Shown here: in pieces, positions 13,936-23,722 of the stretch
Layout: each line of letters begins with the position of its first letter
Position numbering within the stretch: the stretch's first letter is position 1
Assembly: GCA_951406725.2 (NCBI GenBank)
Contig: OX597814.1
Location: 168,454,001-168,518,000, forward strand
Length of the DNA: 64,000 bases
DNA from: Octopus vulgaris
Lineage: Eukaryota
Reading direction: 5' to 3'
The notes under the pieces: model-generated
The model's input: only the letters and a program-made list of their open reading frames with translations
Told to the model about the DNA's origin: nothing
The model's database searches: none
Program-made: the position numbers and the translations under genes

Positions 13936-14121
13936 TAATAAGAAAGAAGAGAAGAAAACAAAGGACCACTGATGCGGTCACAGGAGTGTGATGAAAGAAC
14001 TCTGGCCGAAATAAGATTAAGATTAATGTAAAAAATAAATAACACTGAAGCAAAATAACACCAAATATATAGTGCGTGTGTTTTTATTGGCTAAACTGGC
14101 AATATGACCATTCTGAAATAT

Positions 14122-14167
<46 letters not shown>

Positions 14168-14169
<2 letters not shown>

Positions 14170-14330
14170 GAGAGTTTATGAAAAAAACAAAAGACGAAGA
14201 CAGGTGGTGTACAAAACAAACAGATGTATTAGTATAACGCTCAGGAATAGAAAAAATCTTTTGTTTCGAGCTTACGCTCTTCTACAGAAAGGGACACAGA
14301 AAAAACAAGGAGAGAAAAAAATGTGTGTAG
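14168..14330 (-). mobile_element. Family B PLE terminal fragment with hammerhead-like motif (14258-14291)
   Basis: Minus strand CTTT-CTGTAGA-A-GAGC gtaa GCTC-GAAAC-AAAAG. The 3' end abuts the (TA)n at 14126-14167. Confidence 0.65.
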
Positions 14331-14399
14331 ATATATATATAAATAAAAAATAGAAAAAAAAAATTTATAAATACAAATTAATAATTTTAATTTTAAATT

Positions 14400-14539
14400 T
14401 AAATAATTAAAATTTTTAAATTTTTAAATTTTATATTTTATATATATTTTGTATATTATATTAATTATTTTAATTTTTATGTTTTGGTTTATGATTTGCA
14501 CTGTTTGATTTGCCTAATAGTGGTTCTATCTCTAATTTA

Positions 14540-14578
<39 letters not shown>

Positions 14579-15289
14579 CTATACTAGCAGATAACCAGCC
14601 TTGCTCGGGATTAAAATAACATAGATTTTTATTGTTTTACTTGTTTCAGTCATGTGACTGTGGCCATGCTGGAGCACCGCTGTTGGTCGAAGAAATCAAC
14701 CACAGGATTTATTCTTTGTAAGCCTAGTACTCTTTCTGTCAGTGTCTTTTACCAAACTGCTAAGTTACAGTAATGTAAACACAGCAACATCAGTTGTCAA
14801 GCAATGGTGGGGGTACAAACACAAGACATGCACACACATACACATATATACGACACAAATATAAAGACAAAGTAATTTAACGAAAATTAATTTGAAAATA
14901 CATAGTTTAAAACCGAATTTTAAAATTCTGCAAGAACTTTCTTGACAACCTAATATTTACTTGTTTAAGCATTGTATTGGATAAATTGAGAAAATAACTA
15001 AAATAGTTCAAATACTAAGAAATAAGCATACTGAAAATGAATGGGTTATTTTCCTTGGTGGTTATTTCAAGGAGGGAATGGGTTATTTCCCTTGGAAGCT
15101 TAAAAATTTTACTCCCACCATTCACTCACGCCCAAATGTTATTCTGCCTGTCGTTTACCCAAACATTTTTTTGAAATCAATTTATACTTACAACCTCCCC
15201 AGACACATAAGCAATGTGCGTGTGAAGTTTAAGAAAAATCAGTCAAGTCGTTTTGATGCAAAATGAGGACATACCGATACGCACACATG

Positions 15290-15333
<44 letters not shown>

Positions 15334-15557
15334 TTTTCAGTTTTAATATGTAAGGTATATATATATATTATATTAAATTAGAGATAAAACCACTATTAGG
15401 CAAATCAAACAGTGAAAATCATAAGCCAATACATAGAAATAAAATTAATTAAAAAAATACAAAATATAACAAATATAAAATTCCAAATTAAAATATTTAA
15501 ATTAAAGTAAAAATTAAAAAATTATTTAAATAATTTAAACTTATAAATTTTAAATAA

Positions 15558-15560
<3 letters not shown>
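14400..15560. repeat. Tail-to-tail pair of a further (TA)n-abutting repeat (~14400-14545 and ~15370-15560)
   Basis: ctgtttgatttgcctaatagtggttctatctctaatttaa (~14501-14540) is the near reverse complement of ttaaattagagataaaaccactattaggcaaatcaaacag (~15373-15410). Confidence 0.6.
14584..15356 (-). mobile_element. Putative non-autonomous Helitron with a nested S1 SINE fragment (~14635-14855)
   Basis: The minus-strand 3' end cccgagcaaggctgg-ttatctg-CTAG|T gives a subterminal hairpin plus CTAG. The other end reads ...catattaaaactgaaaatgtt(tg)n, like the 5' ends of microsatellite-carrying Helitrons. Confidence 0.55.
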
Positions 15561-15621
<61 letters not shown>

Positions 15622-15771
15622 TATTATTATTTTATTTATTTATTTTTATTTTTTTAATTTAAATTATATAAATATCAAAATGTATTAAAAGTTAAATATA
15701 AGGTAAAGAGTATGTATGAAATATACATGTATGTGTGTATGTATGTATGTATGTATGTACTTATGTATGTA

Positions 15772-15815
<44 letters not shown>

Positions 15816-15816
<1 letters not shown>

Positions 15817-16170
15817 GAGGCGCAATGGCCCAGTGGTTAGGGCAACGGTCATAGGATCGCGGTTTCGATTGTTTATTGAGCGAAAACACCTAAAGCTCCA
15901 CGAGGCTCCGGCAGGGGATGGTGGTGATCCCTGCTGTACTCTTTCACCACAACTTTCTCTCACTCTTACTTCCTGTTTCTGTTGTACCTGTATTTCAAAG
16001 GGCTAGCCTTGTCACTCTCTGTGTCACACTGAATATCCCCGAGAACTACATTAAGGGTACACGTGTCTGTGGAGTGCTCAGCCACTTACACATTAATTTC
16101 ACAAGCAGGCTGTTCCGTTGATTCGGATCAACCGGAACCCTCGTTGTCATAACCGACGGAGTGCTTCCAT
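15816..16170 (+). mobile_element. tRNA-derived SINE (S3-related)
   Basis: ggaggcgcaatggcccagtggttagg (A box) ... ggtttcgatt (B box). The 3' part matches 4430-4550 and 4895-4930. Confidence 0.8.
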
Positions 16171-16359
16171 ATATACATACATACATACATGCGTACATAC
16201 ATATATATATATATATATATATTATATATTACTGCATGTATGTATATATGCTTAATGCTAGAAGCTATCAGAAACTTCATCATTCTAATACAATTCCAGT
16301 TTCCAGTGAATTTCTATTATTTCCCTTTGGTTTAATCCATTTTTTTTTTCTGTAATGTG

Positions 16360-17480
16360 TATAATAGCATTCTTGTTTTCAGAAACCCAAACTAAATACT
16401 GCAAATTGTTTTGTTCCTTGTTCTACAATTTCTGTCAATCCAATTCCATTATCGTAATAAAAATAATCGTCCATTTAGCCATTTTCAATTCTCTGCTGGT
16501 TGAAACCTCAGTGAGCCATTGCTAGCTTATCTATCTATGTAGGTTGTAGGCCTACCTGTTCACACTAGTTAATTGCTGGCTGGAATAAATGCTCCAGCAG
16601 TCAGGAAAATATATCTGGAGATTGACTCTCAGATGGAATTAAAACTTAACCCTCTCGTTTCTGTATTTATTTTGAGATGCTCTGTTTCTTTTAATTATTT
16701 CAAATATAACAAAGAATTTAGTAAAATAACTTAGTTATCATTAAGCAGGTGTTAGAAACATAAATTGTGACTAAGGTTTGGTGGAAGATTTTAATTCAGA
16801 ACTTATGAAAACAAGACATTTGTACTACAGAGCCAGAGCTGGTTTCAGCCGGGTTGGTAACAAAAGGGTTAAAATACAAACGTTACTGGTAAAGACATGT
16901 GACACTAGTGCCTGTTCTGGAACTGTCAGTCTATATATCACTGGTGGAGAGGTGAATCATTGCTGCTTCTGCAGTCGTGTCCATCATTGACAAGACCAAA
17001 CAAAGTTGAAATCATGTGATCTGGTGGTGTTGGAAGTAGCAGGGTTTTACCTCCCTACTAGTGATATAATCAAGAGTGCATTTTGTGCTAAAAAGCCAAC
17101 ATGAGAGTTTCTTTCATGGTAACTACAGTGGTATAGTTTGTTATAATAGAACATCCACGTTTAAGTGGGGATAAATATTACCTCTCAGAATGAATGCAAA
17201 GAACTGGAACATCTAACACAATGCATATTCTCTTTTTGACATTTCCATCATTACCCAAACTATTACTCTGGAATGATCCTTTCTTTATTGAAAGACAAAG
17301 CTGACTTCCCAGAAGGCATCATTGTTATAGGTAACCAACTGCAGAAATTCAAATTAAATATCATCAGTGTTTTTAATTATATTTTTTAAGAAGTCAGTGA
17401 CTAGCATCTTTTCTCCAAAGATTTCCTAAGGTCCTAACCCCGAAATAGTGAAATACCACGTAAAGCTATCAACCTATTTT
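16360..17480 (-). pseudogene. Highly degraded possible DIRS-type RT/RNase H remnant
   Basis: Minus-strand fragments NIYPHLN, VIYxTDSSRTG and TYIDR*ASNGS occur in the order expected for DIRS YLDD, TDAS and YINxxGG motifs. Many disruptions, so the similarity is weak. Confidence 0.35.
16650..16868. mobile_element. piggyBac-type MITE (TTAA TSD)
   Basis: TTAA|ccctctcgtt ... aacaaaaggg|TTAA. A second copy lies at 37308-37528. Confidence 0.85.
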
Positions 17481-17543
17481 ATTTTTATAAATTGCATTGT
17501 TTTGGCTTAAAAAATATATATAATTAAATACATTTAAGTATAT

Positions 17544-18188
17544 AGGCACAGGTGTGGCTTATAGACGTAAGCATGGCTGTGTGGTAAGATGCTTGCTTCC
17601 CAACCACACAGTTCTGTGTTCAGTCCCCCTGCGTGGCACCTTGAGTAAGTGTCTTCTACTATATATTTCTTTACTGCCCACAAGGGGCTAAACATAGAGG
17701 GGACAAACAAGGACAGACAAAGGGATTAAGTCGATTACATTGACCCCAGTGCGAAACTGGTACTTTATTTATTGACCCCCCCCCTGCAAGGATGAAAGGT
17801 AAAGTCGACCTCAGCAGAATTTGAACGCAGAACGTAATGACAGACGAAATACCGCTAAGCATTTCACCTGGCATGCTAACATTTCTGCCAGCTTGCCACC
17901 TTATGATTCTTCTACTTATAATGTCTTCTACTATAGCCTTGGTGTGTGTGTGTGTGTATATATCTATATGTGTGTCATTGTGTTTGTCCCCCCATCATCG
18001 CTTGACAACAAATGTTGGTGTGTTTACATCCCCTGTAACTTAGCGCTTCAGTAAAAGAAACCAATAGACAAAGTATTAGGCTTTAAAAGAATAAGTCCTA
18101 GGGTCGATTTGCTCAACTTAAACCCTTCAATATGGTACTCCAGCATGGCCACAGTCAAATGACTGAAACAAATAAAAGAATAAAAGAA
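17544..18188 (+). mobile_element. S1 SINE with nested antisense S2 SINE (~17664-17922)
   Basis: S1 head ggcacaggtgtggct... and tail gactgaaacaaataaaagaataaaag. The S2 insert is flanked by the 13-bp direct repeat gtcttctactata (17651-17663, 17923-17935). Confidence 0.85.
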
Positions 18189-18278
18189 TATGAGACAATG
18201 CTCCATGCATACTATACTACTTTACAGGCACACACATAAGCATGACATACACAAGCATACAACATATATATATATAAA

Positions 18279-18745
18279 TTAAAAATAAATAAAACATATG
18301 CATATATACATACATATATGTACGTACCTACTTCTACATGTATATATACATGCATATATGGGTACAGGACACCAAAAAAACGTCGAACACAATGAGAAAC
18401 GAAAACATAAGCTCAAAACCAAGGAAATGGACATTTTTTTTAAACAACGAAAAAATAGAGTACAGGACATACAAAACAAGGAAAAATCCCCTTCTTCAGT
18501 CGCCTTAATTTCATCTACTCCACGTTTATGTATGTATGTATATATATTCGTCATGCTGGACCGCTGAACTCTACACGTTTTTTACATTCTCTCTCTGTTT
18601 ATTTCCTCTTATTCCTTTATGTAGAAGAGCGTAGGCATGAAATGTAAAAGACTCTTGCATTTTTCCTGAGAGTCAAACTAATACATTTGCTTGTTGTTTG
18701 TTCATTCATACACCTGTCTTTTGTTTTTTTATAAATTTCAACTAT
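18279..18745. mobile_element. Head-to-head terminal fragments of two (TA)n-associated families: D (18279-18527, -) and B (18565-18745, +)
   Basis: Similar to 45101-45327 and 9640-9800 respectively. Both outer ends abut (TA)n. A degenerate hammerhead-like motif lies at 18615-18650. Confidence 0.65.
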
Positions 18746-18964
18746 ATATATATATATATATATATATGAGACAATGAAGAGAAAAAAATCTATCAGAAAG
18801 GAACTCTATCTCTCTTAAAAAATATCTTTTGATAAGCATAACAAATGCGCAACCGGTAAAAAGAACTTTCACCTAATTAAATACACTCTCCCTTACTTAA
18901 ATTATTTTGTCAGCATTTTCTTAATTTCCTTTTTTATATATCACAACTCGTGTTCCACATCTCC

Positions 18965-19025
<61 letters not shown>

Positions 19026-19040
19026 GTTAAAGACGACATC

Positions 19041-19740
19041 AAACATTAAGGCAAGGCAGACATCTCAAATCGTATACAATATTATTATTGGAAAAATTTC
19101 AAAGTCTTACAGCTGTTTCTGGAATATCTCTGAGTATGGGATATTCTGTCATCAGAGACAAATAGGGAAAATGAAAATGCTACATATTAATGACATGATG
19201 ACATAGAGGAAGGGAGTGAAAAATAAGGAGATAGAGAGAAAGAAGAAAAAAAGAAGCATAAAAGTTCCTAGTTCAACTTTCCGATGCTGTAGAAAGAAAA
19301 GTATAGGTTCTTGTTTTTACGACATTGGAAAGTTGAACTATGAACTTTTATGCTTCTTTTTTCTTCTTCCTCTCTATCTCCTTATTCTTTCACTCCCTTC
19401 CTCTATGTCATCATCTCATTAATATAAACCATTCTCATTTTCCCTATTTTTCCCTATTTGTCGTTGATGACAGACTATCCCATACTTGGAGATATCCCAG
19501 AAATAGCTTTAAGACTATGAATTTTTTCTATAATAATATTGTATATGACTTGAGATGTTTGCCTTGCCTTAACGTTTTTAGTCCTCTCCACTGCAATTAT
19601 ATCTCCACTGCATCGGAAATCTGCAATGGCTCCATAAATACTGTCTTGGCTATAACCTTGGAGTCCTAGCAATCTGTTACAGCACTCACCTAGTGTACCT
19701 AATCATTTAGATCCCCTGTGAACTAAACCCCATACCTTGT
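19041..19740 (+). mobile_element. Foldback PLE-like pseudo-LTR (family C): ~260-bp inverted arms, each carrying a hammerhead
   Basis: Arms 19041-19295 and 19311-19577 are diverged reverse complements. A unique extension runs to ~19740. TA-rich tracts lie on both sides. Confidence 0.75.
19104..19159 (-). ncRNA. Type I hammerhead ribozyme, canonical core
   Basis: Minus strand GTCT-CTGATGA-ca-GAATATC-ccatactcaga-GATATTC-ca-GAAA-CAGCTG-TA-AGAC: stem I GUCU/AGAC, 7-bp stem II, palindromic stem III, GUA cleavage triplet. A decayed mirror copy lies at 19460-19515(+). Confidence 0.85.
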
Positions 19741-19765
19741 ACATATATGTATATATACAAACACA

Positions 19766-21042
19766 CAGTATGTAATGGGTAAATTGCCACCATTTTATAT
19801 TTTTAATTTAATGCACAGGAGTGGCTGTGTAGTAAGTAGCTTGCTTACCAACCACATGGTTCTGGGTTCAGTCCCACTGCGTGGCACCTAGGGTGTTTTC
19901 TACTATAGCCTCGGGCCGAACATAGCCTTGTGAATGGATTTGGCAGATGGAAACTGAAAGAAGCTCGTCGTGTATATGTATATATGTATATATATGTGTG
20001 TGTGTGTGTTTGTGTGTCTGTGTTTGTTCCCCCAGCATCGCTTGACAACCGATGCTGGTGTGTTTACGTCCCCGTAACTTAGCGGTTCAGCAAAAGAGAC
20101 TGCTAGAATAAGTACTAGGCTTCCAAAGAATAAGTCTTGTGGCCGATTTGCCCGACTAAAGGTGGTGCTTCAGCACGACCGCAGTCAAATTACTGAAACA
20201 AGTAAAAGAGTAAAAGAGAGAGAGAGTATGCATGTACATTGTTTATCTTTGATTTTGTTGACTTCACACTATAGTAGGGTCATTTGGGCACCGTCTGTGA
20301 GAAAAACAGCACCATGACACAATTCACTCTGCCAGAAATTTGGAAACAATATGCTGTACTGCTTGGCATTCATGCCAGAGCTCCAATACGAACAGATGGT
20401 GAACACACAGAACAACTGTTGGTTTTCCGTGTCCCCAAAACATGTACCGAGAGTGATAAAAATCAAAGATCCAATCAACATCAGGGTGTTTGGAGTGATA
20501 ACTAGTAATAGCGACGTTATGCCGCCATTCATCTTCTCACATGGCCTCTGACTCAACATGGAGGCCTATATCAAGTGCCTGGAGGAGGTTGTGCTGCTCT
20601 GGGTCAAGAGGGTGGCTGCTGGCAACAGGACGCTGCATCATGTCACACAAGCAGGAGAACCCAGTCATGGCTGTCACACAATTTCTGCGACCACATCACC
20701 CCTAACATCTGACCACCTAACTTCCCAGACTTCAACCCCCTTGATTATTATGTGTGGGTTGCAGTTAAGCGAGAGACCAACAAAACTCCTTGTAACACCA
20801 AAGATGAACTGAAGGCAAGAATTATGTCAGCATTCACCAACATAAACAAGGAGACTGTCCAGAAGAGTTGCAGGAGATTCCAAAGTCTTCATTGTCGAAG
20901 CCAATGGTTATTTCATTGAATAAATTTACTCTTTAGTATTTCAAGATATTTTTGTAATTTTGGTAAATATATGTTAAAATGAGATGTCAGTGTCATTTTC
21001 ATTTTTGCATAATTTAGATGACAATATATTCACCGCACCCTG
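19766..21042 (+). mobile_element. Internally deleted mariner/maT(DD37D)-like transposon with a nested S1 SINE (~19812-20225)
   Basis: Imperfect TIRs cagtatgtaatgggtaaatt ... atattcaccgcaccctg|TA. Translated motifs VFGVITSNSDVMPPFIF, QQDAASCHT and *PPNFPDFNPLDYYVW. A second copy lies at 54212-55044(-). Confidence 0.85.
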
Positions 21043-21108
21043 TATATACATTATATACCATTCAATATTCACAAAAACAGACAAAAACCAGTCTTGGATG
21101 AATGCCTG

Positions 21109-21155
<47 letters not shown>

Positions 21156-22738
21156 CTCCCCTCTGTGTTGTTATATCTCTTTCTCTCTATATTTTAGTTC
21201 TACTTTTGTGTCTCAGTTACTATGTCTCTTTCCCTCTGTACTTTAGTTCCACTCCCTCTCTCCACCAATCATTACCTCTCTGAACTGGCTCTCTACTTCT
21301 GACTATGTTTCTTGCTCTCTCTCTCATTCTGTTTGTCTGTCTGCCAACTATCATCTATATATAAGAAATACATGCACTAACTAATCGCTATATAAAAAAT
21401 AAAATCCAATGTCACTGTTGAATATACTATCTTTAAGAGAGTGTGTTCGTGCTAATATAGACATAAATACACATACACTTACACACACACTCCAATGATT
21501 AAAAACAAGGATTTGTCTATAAAATAGTTTTTATGGCTTTTAATTGGAGAATACTTTACATGGAACCTCACACACTTGCCAAAATGTTCAGTAGGGGAAG
21601 TTACCATCTGATTTTAGTAGTATAGTTTTTAGTGCTTCTACAACAGTATGAAACAGCAGAATTGCAGTCTATATTTTCAAAGACACTCAATGTCTACATG
21701 AAAACAATTCTGAGCAGGATATAAAAATGAGAAAAGCTTTCAATTTAGAGTTGTAAAAGATTTTTTTTTTCATCATGTTTTCAATCACTCATGACTCTGC
21801 ATATTGATATTTCTTAAATTCTAAACTTAATTTCTTTTATAATTTTTGATGCATAAAAATAAATAAATAAATAAAAAATAAATGAAATACTGTGTGTTTT
21901 TATTGCTAGGAAGATGTGAAATCTCTGTGAACAAATAGCACAACAAATTGAGTCATATTTACAGAGTTGTAATGTGAACCTGGAAGGCAGTGAGTTAGCA
22001 AAATCGTTTGCAAGTTGGACAGAAATGCTTTGTGATATTTCTTCTGAATGCCAAGCCGTACATTCTGAGTTCAAATTCTGCCACGGTTAACCTTGCTTTC
22101 ATCCCTTTTGGGGTTGATAAAATAAGTACCTGTTGACTGGGGTTGATGTAATTGACTTACTCCTTTACCCAAATTTCTGGCTTTGTGCCAAAATTTGAGG
22201 TCAATATTTCTTCTGACTGTTTACATTCTGAGTTCAAATCCTTGTGAGGTCAACTTTGCCTGTTATCCCTCCAGAGTTATAAAATAAAGTACCAGTCAAG
22301 TACTGGGGTTGATGTAGTTGCTTCTTTCTTCAAACTTGTTGGTCTTAAACTCTGTAACAGACCATTGTCCTAGTCAGAGAAATGTTGTTATCTCATTTAC
22401 TTACATATTATGGAAACTGGCTATGAGACTTATGAGCCTTTGGCTTAAGAAAAAATGGTATGAACCTGATAGTTGAAATAAAATTTTTAAAAGAGATTGC
22501 AGCTAAAAGACAAAGTAAATCAGGTGGATCAGCCAAGAACAAAATGCAATCATTGTAAGTTACTTATGATTATAATCCCAGCTAAAATCCTGGCATGCTC
22601 AACTTTGCCTTTTTGATCCTTTCATGGTAGATAAGATAATGTAGCAACCAATACTGGAGTTAGTATAATTAACTAACCCCTTCTCCAAATTTGTAGCTTA
22701 TGTTAGAGAAAACCTTGTTAGACAATATTGTCTAACAA

Positions 22739-22808
<70 letters not shown>

Positions 22809-23053
22809 GCCCTGATGCAGTACCAGGCAGTGGCTCTCGTGGCTTCTGATCTTAACACAAGGCCAGAAATTTTGTGGGAGTGGGTAAGTCGATTACATCG
22901 ATCCCAGGTATACCCTCAGTATTTATTTTATTGACCCCAAAAGGATGAAAGTCAAAGTCAGCCTCAGAAGTATTTGAACTCAGAATGTAAAGGCGGACGA
23001 AATGCCCCTAAGAATTATGCCCAGTGTGCTAATGATTCTACCAGCTCGCCGCC

Positions 23054-23119
<66 letters not shown>

Positions 23120-23122
<3 letters not shown>

Positions 23123-23676
23123 GCCCTGATGCAGTACCAGGCAGTGGCTCTCATGGCTTCTGATCTTAACTGATTGGAAGTTAAGTCATGTACATTGTTT
23201 TGTCTTGGTATAAAAGATGGGCTACAGCAAATATTCTGCTCAATACCACAGATTTGCTTGTCAGTTGTTTGACCTTAACCAGTTGAGCATGTCCCTTAGT
23301 GGCTGACGATATGTGCACCTCTGATCATGAGCAGAAGTAGTGGGGGAGCATCATAGCCATGTGTTGAGAGGGATTCTTTGGGGTTTGAATAATTCACCTC
23401 TGGAAATATGGGTGTTTTGTTTAACTTCCTTAAACAATCCTTATTCAGGGACCTTTTGAGCGGGATGGGTTACTCAACCAGAAGAAAATTCTAACTGGGC
23501 CCCACCTGCAAGGTCATGTGCTGTTTATCTTGATATGAGATCACCATGTCGTGCACATATGGTTGTGATGCATGTGCCTAGTGTACCCTTATCAGATGGG
23601 TAGTCATGATGGGCATACTGGGCTTTGTATATTTTACCCCAGTGTCACTTTGATGGCATGCACTGCTCTCTCACTC
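23120..23676. mobile_element. Second full copy of the ~550-bp (TAA)n-embedded element
   Basis: Reverse complement of 7562-8105, with (TAA)n on both sides. Confidence 0.85.

Positions 23677-23721
<45 letters not shown>

Positions 23722-23722
<1 letters not shown>

Larger units (their letters stand above)
12739..14128 (-). mobile_element. 5'-truncated Penelope-like retroelement (family A): GIY-YIG C-terminus, pseudo-LTR and inverted partial pseudo-LTR
   Basis: 13936-14128 is the reverse complement of ~12785-12980. The minus-strand ORF has GIY-YIG motifs. TA-rich tracts flank both sides. A related locus lies at 60015-60370. Confidence 0.9.

Noticed and set aside
23121-23150. ccctgatgcagtaccaggcagtg resembles the family A hammerhead start
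   Set aside because: No stem II or GAAA follows, so probably coincidence.
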